NCBI GenBank assembly: GCA_016867265.1
Contig: VGJW01000017.1
Coordinates: forward strand, 17 to 64,016
Direction of reading: 5' to 3'
Origin: Candidatus Tanganyikabacteria bacterium
GTDB lineage: Bacteria; Cyanobacteriota; Sericytochromatia; S15B-MN24; VGJW01
Length of the DNA: 64,000 nucleotides
Position numbers and translations under genes: made by a program
Shown: in pieces, positions 16,847 to 25,669 of the stretch
Layout of the letters: every line of letters starts with the position of its first letter
Numbering within the stretch: position 1 is the first letter of the stretch
Notes under the pieces: generated by a model
Seen by the model: only the letters and a program-made list of their open reading frames with translations
Told to the model about the DNA's origin: nothing
Database searches by the model: none

Positions 16847-17936
16847 CGGCTCGCTGGCGGTTGCGGATGGCCCGCACGGCGGCGCGATGCGCGGCATGCG
16901 TCCGGCTGAAGACGTGGCTGCCGTCCCCCCGGGCCACGAAGTAGCGCATGTCCGTCCCCACCGCATCACGCACGGCCAGAATGCTGGCGAGCCCCGGGTT
17001 GCAAATGGGCCCGGGCGGCAACCCGCGAACCCTGTAGGTATTCCACGGGCTGTCGATGGCAATGTCCCGACGCGTCAAAGGCCGGTCGACCGTCTGACGG
17101 AACCCCAGCACGTATTCGACCGTAGGATCGGAGCCGAGCGGCATCCCCGCCTCGAGGCGCCCCAGGAAGACACCGGCAATCAAGGGCCGCTCGCCGGCAA
17201 GCACGGCCTCGCGCTCGACAATGGACGCCAGCACCAGCCAGGCGCGCGGCGACAATCCGTGGGTTCCCTGGCGCAGCAACGGCAACGCGACCTGCCCGAA
17301 CCGATCGAGCATCCGGCCGATGAGGGTCTCGGCACGCCCGGCAAGGTCGGGCAAGGCATAGGTATCGGGGAAGAGGTACCCCTCGAGTGTCGCGCCCTCG
17401 GGCAGGTCAGACAGCCACGGCCTTCCCTCGGCAAATCGGGCGGGCTCCCGGCAGAGGGCGTCCCACGTGGCGGCTTGCCCCACGCCCTCCTTGCTCACCA
17501 GCTGGGCGAGGCCAGCAAGGTCCGTTCCCTCGGGCACGGTCACGCGACGGGGCATCGGCCGGGCCTCGTCAAATACGGCCAGGACCTCACGCACGGCGAG
17601 GGCGCGTGACAGCCGATAACGACCGGCACGCCATCGCTGCGGCTGAGCCACGAGACGCGCCATGACGCGAAAGACCGCCGCATTCCGGATCAGGCCTTCC
17701 TCGGCGAGCCTTGCCCCCAAGGACGCCGGCCCTTCCCCAAGGCGCAGTTCGACATTGATGGCCTTGTCATCGTCGGCATCAACGGGGGCACAGGCCGAAG
17801 CGAACATGCCGATGACGACCGCCGCCACCGCTACGAGACCGGTCAAGCCTGCGACCCAAGGCAGCAAGGCCTCAAGTCCGCCTCCCTGCCGCTCATTGCG
17901 CCGCGTAGACCGGCCCTGCTTGCTTGCGCGCGGCAA
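16833..17936 (-). CDS. mltG: Endolytic murein transglycosylase MltG (YceG-like)
   Basis: N-terminal TM helix, then ASIVEREA, DSPWNTYRVRGLPPGPICNPG, YFVARGDGSHVFSRTHAAH. Confidence 0.9.
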   Translation of the reverse strand: MPRASKQGRSTRRNERQGGGLEALLPWVAGLTGLVAVAAVVIGMFASACAPVDADDDKAINVELRLGEGPASLGARLAEEGLIRNAAVFRVMARLVAQPQRWRAGRYRLSRALAVREVLAVFDEARPMPRRVTVPEGTDLAGLAQLVSKEGVGQAATWDALCREPARFAEGRPWLSDLPEGATLEGYLFPDTYALPDLAGRAETLIGRMLDRFGQVALPLLRQGTHGLSPRAWLVLASIVEREAVLAGERPLIAGVFLGRLEAGMPLGSDPTVEYVLGFRQTVDRPLTRRDIAIDSPWNTYRVRGLPPGPICNPGLASILAVRDAVGTDMRYFVARGDGSHVFSRTHAAHRAAVRAIRNRQRAATRD

Positions 17937-17939
17937 GAC

Positions 17940-20141
17940 CTAGCCCCGGATGATCCGGCCGAGGAAGATGTCGGCCGCCAGGGTCACCGTGCCCTCGGGA
18001 TCGGTCCCGGGATCCTGGGCCGATGTCGGGGGCTGGCTCGTCGCCTCGCCCTCGGTCGCTGGACGGGGGACGAGCTCCTCGGGTCGCCCCTGCAGCGGAG
18101 TCTGGTCGCCCTCATCACCGGGAGGCGGCCCTTCCGGAAGCGGAGCATACCAAGCCTCGTCATCCACAGGTTCGAGCCCTGGTGTTGAGGGCAGTACGAC
18201 TGGCGCCGGGGGTGTCGCGCCCGGGGGAGGGACAGCGGGAGCCACCGGCCCTGGTGGAGACGACGCTGGCGCCGGGGGGAAACCTGCAGGAGAAACCGGG
18301 GGAGAGGCGGGGCGGGGCGATGCGGCAGGGCGAGCCTGAGCCCCTTGGCCCCGCCCGAGCGACAGCATGTCCAGGCTCGTGTCGGGCCTGAAACAGCCCC
18401 GGATGACGCCCTCGAGCTCGTTGCGTCCTTCCAGGCCCTTCCTGTAGGTATCAATCTCCTTGTTGAGCGTCAGCACGACCCGATTGGCCGCGGCATCCCA
18501 GAACGCCGTGTGCAAGGACCCCAGCAGCATCTGGGCGCGCCGCGGGTGCATGCCCCGCCGAATCGCATCGCTGACGAGGGCCCTGACATCCTCTCCCCGG
18601 GGCTCCGGTGCGACCGGTGAAGCAGCCGTCCGGGCAAGCGCCGAGGGCGGCGGAGCAGGCGGCCTCGCAGGCACCGCCACGACCGCGGGAGATACGACAG
18701 GTGCCGGATTGCCTTGCGCCCGGTCCTGGCGCAGGGCTTCACCAAAGGCCCCGCCTTCGTCTCCCGGCAGCGGGGGTGGGGGCAAGGAGGGACCTGCAAA
18801 CGGCGCGGGCACGGCCACAGGTGCTGGCCCAGCCGGCGGAGGCAGCACCGGCGTCGGGACAGGAACAAGCGAGGAGGCAGCGACACCCGGGGCAGAGGGC
18901 GTACCCAGCGCCGCGACACGCCGCTCCAAGGCGGCGAGACGGGACTCGAGCGTCGTCACGACCGCGGCAGGCACGCCCCGGTCCTCACCTGCGGCATGCG
19001 CGGTACCGGCGAGCGGCCGCGTCATCCGCAGCAGCGCGACCTCGAGCCAGACCTGCCACTGCGGTGTCCCGCGCATGATGCCGTCTGTCTCGCGCAAGAT
19101 GCCCAGGTAGGCATCCGTGACGGCTTCCGGCGCACGTGCCGCCTGGGCACGCAGTCGCGCCACCACTTCGTCGCCTCGCACCGCGCCATCCAGGGCATCC
19201 CCGGCAACCCGCAACAGGACCAGATCCCGGGTCCAAGCCAGCAACTCGCGCAGGACGGCCCGATGGTCGTGACCGGCAGCCAGGATCTGCCTTGCGGCAT
19301 CCATGGCCCCGACCGCATCCCCGTCCAGCAGGCATTCGCCCAGGGCCAACACGGTGTCCTCGGAGACCAGGCCGAGGGCCTCGGAGACAGCGCGAGCCGA
19401 GAGATGGCGCAAGCCTGCAGCGTCGGGCTCCACGGTGGCGGCGACCTGCTCCAGCAGCGAGAGTCCGTCGCGCAAGCCGCCATCAGCCCTACGGGCCAGC
19501 TCGGCCAGCGCGGGTGCATCCGGCACGATGCCCTCGCACGAAGCGACGTGCTTGAGCCGGTCCGTCAGGTCCTGGAGGGGGATGCGGCGGAAGTCGAAGC
19601 GCTGACAGCGCGACACGACCGTCGGCAGGACCTTGTGGACCTCGGTCGTCGCCAGGACGAACGTGCAGTGGGGCGGCGGCTCCTCGAGGGTCTTGAGCAG
19701 CGCGTTCCACGCCGCATCCGTCAGCATGTGGACCTCATCGATGATGAAGACCTTGGCCGCACCCTGCAAAGGTGCCAGGCGAGAGCGCTGCTGCAACTCC
19801 TGGATGTTCTCGATGCCGCGGTTGGAGGCGGCGTCGATCTCGATCACGTCGAGGTGGGCCTTGTCCTCGATGGCCCGGCAAGCGCTGCAGCGGCCGCACG
19901 GGTCCCGACCCTCGCGCGCTTCGGCGGCCCCACCCACGCAGTTCAGCGCCTTGGCAACCAACCTCGCCGTCGTCGTCTTGCCCGTGCCGCGAGGCCCGGT
20001 GAAGAGGTAGGCATGAGTCAGACGCCCCTGGCGGATCTCGTTTCGGAGCGTCCTGCTGATGGGGTCCTGGCCCTCCAGGTCCCCGAAGGTCTGGGGTCGG
20101 TACTTGCGATACAGCGCCTCGTGCCTGGCCATCAGGTCCAT
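17940..20141 (-). CDS. dnaX: DNA polymerase III subunit gamma/tau
   Basis: 733 aa. YRPQTFGDLEGQ, GPRGTGKTT, CGRCSACRAI zinc module, FIIDEVHML, SRCQRFDFRRI. Long P/A-rich C-terminal linker. Confidence 0.95.
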   Translation of the reverse strand: MDLMARHEALYRKYRPQTFGDLEGQDPISRTLRNEIRQGRLTHAYLFTGPRGTGKTTTARLVAKALNCVGGAAEAREGRDPCGRCSACRAIEDKAHLDVIEIDAASNRGIENIQELQQRSRLAPLQGAAKVFIIDEVHMLTDAAWNALLKTLEEPPPHCTFVLATTEVHKVLPTVVSRCQRFDFRRIPLQDLTDRLKHVASCEGIVPDAPALAELARRADGGLRDGLSLLEQVAATVEPDAAGLRHLSARAVSEALGLVSEDTVLALGECLLDGDAVGAMDAARQILAAGHDHRAVLRELLAWTRDLVLLRVAGDALDGAVRGDEVVARLRAQAARAPEAVTDAYLGILRETDGIMRGTPQWQVWLEVALLRMTRPLAGTAHAAGEDRGVPAAVVTTLESRLAALERRVAALGTPSAPGVAASSLVPVPTPVLPPPAGPAPVAVPAPFAGPSLPPPPLPGDEGGAFGEALRQDRAQGNPAPVVSPAVVAVPARPPAPPPSALARTAASPVAPEPRGEDVRALVSDAIRRGMHPRRAQMLLGSLHTAFWDAAANRVVLTLNKEIDTYRKGLEGRNELEGVIRGCFRPDTSLDMLSLGRGQGAQARPAASPRPASPPVSPAGFPPAPASSPPGPVAPAVPPPGATPPAPVVLPSTPGLEPVDDEAWYAPLPEGPPPGDEGDQTPLQGRPEELVPRPATEGEATSQPPTSAQDPGTDPEGTVTLAADIFLGRIIRG

Positions 20142-20255
20142 CGTACCACCCGAGGAAATTCACGGAATCTTCCGGAAATCGGCAAGTTCCCGAAGCCAAG
20201 GGACGATTAAGCAAGGGTAAAATCGGTTGTACCCCCTGCCGTCCCCGGAGACACC

Positions 20256-21488
20256 GTGAAAAAATCCTTTGGCGCCGTGCTCGCCATGATGGTTGCCGCC
20301 ACCGCCGGTTGCGGACAGCCCACCGCAGAGGGCCGGTTGGGCACCCAGGGCACACGCAGCGTCCGCTCCTACGCGTCCTTCCAGCAGGGCGATCGCCAGA
20401 TCGTCCGCATCCGCTTCAAGGACGAGCGACAGCTCGAGACCCTCTCCAAGCTGGGTCTCGACCTCTTCGAGAACGTCGACATGCAAGCCGGCACCGTCGA
20501 TGGCTCCGTGACCGCCCGCGACGAGGCGTCACTGCGTCAGGCCGGCCTCACCTACCAGGTGCTGCAGCGTCCCGCTCAGGTCATGGAAGTCGCCGGGTCG
20601 TTCATGGCCGGCTACCACACCGTGGATTCGCTCTACGCCGACTATCGCAAGCTGGTCGAGGCCGCTCCGGGCATCGCCCGGATCCAGACCCTTGGCAAGT
20701 CGCTTCAGGGCAATGACATCATCCTCATCCGCATCACCTCGAAGCCCGAGGCTGACCTGCCCGGCATCCTGATCGACTCCGGGCACCACGCCCGCGAACT
20801 GCCTCCCGTCGAGGTCAGCTTCCGCCTCGTCAGCCACCTGCTGAGCAACTATGGCAAGGACGAGCGGATCACCCGCCTGATCGACACCCGCGACATCTGG
20901 GTGGTGCCCGTCGTGAATCCGGACGGCCGCAAGAACGTCGAATCTGGCGACGCCTGGTGGCGCAAGAACATGCGTCGCAATGCCGACGGCTCGCAGGGCG
21001 TGGACATCAACCGCAACTACGACGACCATTGGACCCAGGGCAACAATCGCGGTTCGGCCGATGATTTCCACGGCACGGCCCCGAACTCGGAACCCGAGAC
21101 CCGGGTCATGGCCAAGGTCTTCGACATGAAGAAGTTCAACGTCTCGGTCGACATCCACAACTACGGCGGCATGGTCCTGTGGCCCTTAGGCTTCTCCAAG
21201 GAAAAGACGAAGGACGAAGTCACCTACCAGAAGCTCGCCGACAAGATGACCAAGCCCATCCGCTACCGCGCCGGCTCGATCTCGCGGACGCTCTACAACA
21301 CCTACGGCGACTTCTCGACCTGGCAGTACGTCAAGCACGGCACGATTGCCTTCGGCATCGAGCTCAACGACTCGGGCTTCAGCCCCCCCTTCCGCGAGGT
21401 CGACGAGGACTGGAACGAGTGGCGTGACAACCTGCTGTACCTGATCGACATCTCGGCCGACCCGCGGGCCGCTGCCGCCAGGCTGTGA
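20256..21488 (+). CDS. M14-family zinc carboxypeptidase lipoprotein
   Basis: GTG start behind GGAG. Lipobox LAMMVAATAGC. SGHHARELPP (HxxE), NPDGR, GVDINRNY. Confidence 0.85.
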   Translation: MKKSFGAVLAMMVAATAGCGQPTAEGRLGTQGTRSVRSYASFQQGDRQIVRIRFKDERQLETLSKLGLDLFENVDMQAGTVDGSVTARDEASLRQAGLTYQVLQRPAQVMEVAGSFMAGYHTVDSLYADYRKLVEAAPGIARIQTLGKSLQGNDIILIRITSKPEADLPGILIDSGHHARELPPVEVSFRLVSHLLSNYGKDERITRLIDTRDIWVVPVVNPDGRKNVESGDAWWRKNMRRNADGSQGVDINRNYDDHWTQGNNRGSADDFHGTAPNSEPETRVMAKVFDMKKFNVSVDIHNYGGMVLWPLGFSKEKTKDEVTYQKLADKMTKPIRYRAGSISRTLYNTYGDFSTWQYVKHGTIAFGIELNDSGFSPPFREVDEDWNEWRDNLLYLIDISADPRAAAARL

Positions 21489-21520
21489 GGTAGACCGTCG
21501 TCCCCCCGCTGACGGCCCCG

Positions 21521-22789
21521 TTGCCGGAACCCGGCTCTCCTTCGAGGGAGCCGGGCCTCCTGCTGCTTGCCGCAGCCTGGCTGCTGCCCGTCCTGCCCGC
21601 CCTCTCGGCCCTGCTGCTCCTGGGTTCTTCGGGCCTGCTGTGGCTGCGACGGCGGCGCGTCCCCCTCGGACCTCACCCCGTAGGCCGGTCCTGGCTGTGG
21701 CTGATTGGAGCCACGCTTCTGGCCGTGGCCTGCTCCAGTCATCCGGAACGCTCGTGGTTGGCCCTGCCTGTCGCCATCACCTACCTGGCGATCACGTGGG
21801 GCGGCGGCCATCTGCTGCGGGTCGCGGAGTGGCGCCAGCGTTGGCTGATGGCGCTCTTCTGGGGCCTCGTGCCATGGGTCCTCGTCGGCATGGTGGTCGT
21901 CTTGACAGACTGGCACACCGTCATCCCGCTCGGGCCGGGAGAGGTGCGCCTCGGCACCGAGGACGGTCGGCTCAACTCCGTCTTCTTCCATCCCAATGTG
22001 CTCGCCGGCTACCTCCTGCTGGTGGGTCCTCTGGCCACCACGCTCTGGCCTCGGCGACCGTGGCGGACGGCAGCCGCGTTTGCCATCCTGGGCCTCGGGC
22101 TCCTGCTGACCCGATCCCGCTCCGCGTGGATTGGCGCGGCAGCCGTCGTCCCCGTCCTGCTCGTCCTGCGCCACGCGCTCGTGCCTCCGCTCGAGCGGCA
22201 GCAGGCTCGCAGGACGACCCTCGTGATCCTCGGGGTGCTCGCGGGCTGCCTTCTGTGCACGTTGCCGGTCTGGGCCCCCAGGCTCCATAGCCTGATCGAG
22301 CCGGACATCGTCAGCAACGAGGGGCACAAGCTGGTCTGGGCGGCCGCCATCGACATGGCACAGGCGCGTCCGTGGACCGGCTGGGGCCCGGGTACATGGA
22401 CCCTGATCTACCCCCGGTTCCGCTATCCGGCAGAGTTCGAGCACCTGGTGCACGCGCACTCCGTCTATCTGCACCTCGCGGCCGAGTACGGGCTACCCGT
22501 GCTGGTCGCCTTCCTCGCCATGGTCCTGAGCGTGATACGTCGGGCCGTCGAGGCTGTCCGTCAGGGCCCCGACGGCGCCCAGGTCGCGGCGTTGGCCTCG
22601 GGCGTCGTGGGTTACATGGTGATGGGTGTCTTCGAGTTCACGCTCGCCGAGGGACGCAACAGCATCCTGTTCTTCAGCGAGCTGGGCCTGCTGCTGGCAC
22701 TGACTCATGCTCCAGCCGAAGGGCGCGATCCGCCACAGCCAACCAAGCCGGTCGATGCGTTACGACCAGCAGCGTCGTCTCTCCCTTGA
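21521..22789 (+). CDS. O-antigen ligase/Wzy_C-family polytopic membrane protein
   Basis: ~10 TM helices. LLLTRSRSAWIG, TGWGPGTW, HAHSVYLHLAAEYGLP. TTG start, uncertain. Confidence 0.65.
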   Translation: MPEPGSPSREPGLLLLAAAWLLPVLPALSALLLLGSSGLLWLRRRRVPLGPHPVGRSWLWLIGATLLAVACSSHPERSWLALPVAITYLAITWGGGHLLRVAEWRQRWLMALFWGLVPWVLVGMVVVLTDWHTVIPLGPGEVRLGTEDGRLNSVFFHPNVLAGYLLLVGPLATTLWPRRPWRTAAAFAILGLGLLLTRSRSAWIGAAAVVPVLLVLRHALVPPLERQQARRTTLVILGVLAGCLLCTLPVWAPRLHSLIEPDIVSNEGHKLVWAAAIDMAQARPWTGWGPGTWTLIYPRFRYPAEFEHLVHAHSVYLHLAAEYGLPVLVAFLAMVLSVIRRAVEAVRQGPDGAQVAALASGVVGYMVMGVFEFTLAEGRNSILFFSELGLLLALTHAPAEGRDPPQPTKPVDALRPAASSLP

Positions 22790-24359
22790 GCGCGGCGACC
22801 CGCTGGACGATGTCCTCCTCGAGGGCCTCGTCCACGGCACTGGTGGCCTCGTCGAGAATGAGCAGCCGCGGACGGCGGCACAACGCCCGCGCGAGCGCCA
22901 AACGCTGCCGCTGACCACCCGACAGCCCCCCGCCGCCATCCCCGAGCAGCGTATCAAGGCCCTGGGGCAACATCGCGACGAAACCCCAGGCGCCCGCACG
23001 CTCGAGGGCCTCGCGCAAGACATCTTCCGGAAGCTGGCCTGCATCCTCGACCAGATTGTCGCGCACGGTCCCTTGTCGCATCAGCGGGTCCTGCGGCACC
23101 CACGCAAGTTGGCGACGCCATGAAACTGGATCCAGATCACGCAAGTCCAGGCCGTTGACCTCGACGCGCCCGGATGCCGGCTCGCGCAGGCCCAGCAGCA
23201 GGGCAAGCAAGGTGCTCTTCCCCGCGCCGGAAGGACCAGTCAGGACCGTAAGGCCGCCAACGGGCACCTCGAGATCGAAGGGGCCAAGGGCGACGTCTCC
23301 CCCCGGATACCGATAGGTCACGGCACGGAGGGCCAGCCTGGCCAGTGGGGCATCCATGGGGAGGCCACCCACCGGTTCGGCCTCGTCCGGCGGGACATGG
23401 ACCAGCGCCGTCAGACGTCCGAGTGCCCCGGCACCCTGCTGCAGGCGCGCCCACGCCTGCGTCACCTGAAGGACCGGATCCACGCACAGCCCGAGGGCTG
23501 CGCCGAAGGCCAGCAGGTCACCAAGCGTCAGGCGACCCTCGGCAACCTCACGCCCTCCCCACGCCAGGACGGCACAGATCGCGAGCATCTGCAGCAGCGC
23601 AACGGATGGCAGCTGGAAGGCCTGAACGCGCAGTGCACGCTGCCAGTGCGCCCACTGCCGAGCGCTGTCCGCGCGAAAGGTTTCGAGGGCCCGCTGTTCC
23701 TGCCCGTGGGCGCGGACAACGGGCATCTGCCGCAGGTGCTCGACGACCCGGGCCGTGAGCAGGCCGCCTTGATCCTGAGCGGCCACGGACCACCGACGCA
23801 GCGCACGGCTGAATATCGCGAGCAGGCCCGACACGAGGGGAAGCCCGACCAGGATCCCGAGGGCCAGGCTCCACGACGTCCATACCAGCCATGCCAGCGC
23901 TCCGCCCAGCACGAGGAAACCCGGACCTAGGTCAGCGAGGGCCTGCCCCAGCGCTTCCCGGACAACGCCCGCCTCGGCGACCAGGCGTGCGGCCAGATCA
24001 CCCTGCCGCTGCCCGTCAAACCAGGCGAGACGACGACGTTGCAGGCCATCGAAGGCACGAAGACGCAGGTCCTGGGCGGCCCGCAGTGCCGTCTCGGCGG
24101 CCACGAGCTGGACGAGCGCCGTCAGCAGGCTCCGTCCGACGAACAGTCCGGCCAGGAGCAGCAGGAAAGACAGGAGCTGGCCGAGCGCCCCCTCGCGGGC
24201 ATCCGCCAATGCGGAGAAGACATCGGTCATGCGGCGTGCCTGCGGCAGCAGGGCCAATTGCACGCCTGCCGACGCCAGCGTCAGCACCGCGAGCCCCGTC
24301 AGCCGGAGGGGAAATGGACGCAAGAGGGCCCACCAAGCCCCCGAAGTCGCCTCAGGCAC
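22674..24359 (-). CDS. ABC exporter, fused permease/ATPase (MsbA-like)
   Basis: Six-TM domain, then GPSGAGKST, LSGGQRQRLALARAL, LLILDEATSAVD, VVTHR. The start is uncertain: GTG 24359 (8-nt overlap with the upstream stop) or GTG 24455 (track). Confidence 0.85.
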   Translation of the reverse strand: MPEATSGAWWALLRPFPLRLTGLAVLTLASAGVQLALLPQARRMTDVFSALADAREGALGQLLSFLLLLAGLFVGRSLLTALVQLVAAETALRAAQDLRLRAFDGLQRRRLAWFDGQRQGDLAARLVAEAGVVREALGQALADLGPGFLVLGGALAWLVWTSWSLALGILVGLPLVSGLLAIFSRALRRWSVAAQDQGGLLTARVVEHLRQMPVVRAHGQEQRALETFRADSARQWAHWQRALRVQAFQLPSVALLQMLAICAVLAWGGREVAEGRLTLGDLLAFGAALGLCVDPVLQVTQAWARLQQGAGALGRLTALVHVPPDEAEPVGGLPMDAPLARLALRAVTYRYPGGDVALGPFDLEVPVGGLTVLTGPSGAGKSTLLALLLGLREPASGRVEVNGLDLRDLDPVSWRRQLAWVPQDPLMRQGTVRDNLVEDAGQLPEDVLREALERAGAWGFVAMLPQGLDTLLGDGGGGLSGGQRQRLALARALCRRPRLLILDEATSAVDEALEEDIVQRVAALKGETTLLVVTHRPAWLAVADRALRLEHESVPAAGPAR

Positions 24360-25638
24360 CCGGTTCGAGGCCGGGACGCGCGACTTCACCCTCGACTGGC
24401 GCCTGACCGGTCCAGACGGCCTGGAGGACGTCTGCCACGGCCTGCGCAGCCCCACGATAGCCCATAGCCTGCAGGAGCTCGATCCGGATCAGGCGCCGCC
24501 GGTTGTGGTCGGCAAGCAGTTCGATGGCCTGGGTCGCCGCCATCTCGGGCGTGACGGCACCGACCAGTTCGGGCGTGACCATCCGGCCCATCCGCTGGTT
24601 GGGCAGGGCGGTGAACCGGAGATGGCGCAACAGCTGACGAATGGCGATACGTTTGATACGGGGGCCCAGCCAAGGCAATTGGCCGATACGTCCCGGCAGG
24701 CCCTCGAGCGGGATGTCCTCCGGACGCAGCAGGGGCAGCACCACCAATTGCGGCACGCCCAGCACGGCCAACTCTGCCGTGTTGGTCCCCGGTACCGTCA
24801 ACGCCAGATCATCGACCTGCATCCCGTCGAACTGCATCCCGGGCGGCACGATGCGGATGCGGGCCCCACCTGGCGTCACCATCAGGGCACCATCCGGGGC
24901 TTTGAGTATGCGGGTGGCACGGACCGCCTCGGGTCCGTCGGCCAGCGCCGCCTCGAACATCTCAATTGGCGTGAAGGCCGACTGGTGCAGGATGAACTGG
25001 ATGGAGCCGTCCACGGCGTGCAGCCGGTCGACGACCTCGACCATGTAAGGCGTCGCACTCTTGACCTTGAAGGGCTTGCTGCCCGGCAGCAGGCCGACCA
25101 CGAGGGCACTCTGGAACAGGCCGAGGCGTTCGCGTGCGGCTGTCGGCGTCATGGTCGGGGCAACGGAATCCACCATCAGGTTCCCGACGAGCACCAGCTT
25201 GCCCGGGGGAACCTTGCTACCCCGCAGCGCCAGGTAGGGGTTGCGGTCCGAAAGCATGAACCGGGTCACGGCACCCGCCCAGCGCCCGACGGTCTCGGTG
25301 TAGACGAGCAGGGGCCAGCCAGTCCGCCGCGCGGCCAGAACACCGAAGAACTGGTCCCCGCCCAGGAACAGCACCGCGCCCGACTCGGCCGAACCACGCC
25401 TGTCGGGACGGCGGCCCGTCAGCAGGAAACGCAGCGTCTGTGCCGGGGTCCAGACGCCCAAGGGCATCTGCCATGCCCGGATGGTCGCCTCTTCCTGCCC
25501 GGAAGCATAAGGGCAGGGCACGAGCGCGATCGTGACGGACACGTCGGGAAACCGCTCGAGCAAGGCCCCCACGACGGGACGCACCCACGCGGCGAGTTCG
25601 CCGGGGGCGTTGGAAATGATCAGGATGTCGCGCGGCAC
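24352..25638 (-). CDS. Lipid-A-disaccharide synthase-related (LpxB/GT19-like) protein
   Basis: ILIISNAPGELAAW..., LFLGGDQFFGVLAARRTGWP, PGSKPFKV. Resembles the cyanobacterial-type LpxB-related family from memory. GTG 25638 behind GGAG is preferred over the track start. Confidence 0.6.
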   Translation of the reverse strand: MPRDILIISNAPGELAAWVRPVVGALLERFPDVSVTIALVPCPYASGQEEATIRAWQMPLGVWTPAQTLRFLLTGRRPDRRGSAESGAVLFLGGDQFFGVLAARRTGWPLLVYTETVGRWAGAVTRFMLSDRNPYLALRGSKVPPGKLVLVGNLMVDSVAPTMTPTAARERLGLFQSALVVGLLPGSKPFKVKSATPYMVEVVDRLHAVDGSIQFILHQSAFTPIEMFEAALADGPEAVRATRILKAPDGALMVTPGGARIRIVPPGMQFDGMQVDDLALTVPGTNTAELAVLGVPQLVVLPLLRPEDIPLEGLPGRIGQLPWLGPRIKRIAIRQLLRHLRFTALPNQRMGRMVTPELVGAVTPEMAATQAIELLADHNRRRLIRIELLQAMGYRGAAQAVADVLQAVWTGQAPVEGEVARPGLEPGA

Positions 25639-25669
25639 GAGGGGGGCTCCATAAGGGTCGGGAGCCGTC

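Noticed and set aside
17940-20141. Programmed -1 frameshift site in dnaX (A AAA AAG type) producing gamma
   Set aside because: I found no A-rich slippery heptamer anywhere in the gene.
20142-20255. Possible SRP RNA (ffs) upstream of dnaX, as in many bacteria
   Set aside because: Neither strand shows the conserved domain IV motifs (GGAA/AGCA symmetric loop context). The region is only 114 nt and also has to hold two divergent promoters.
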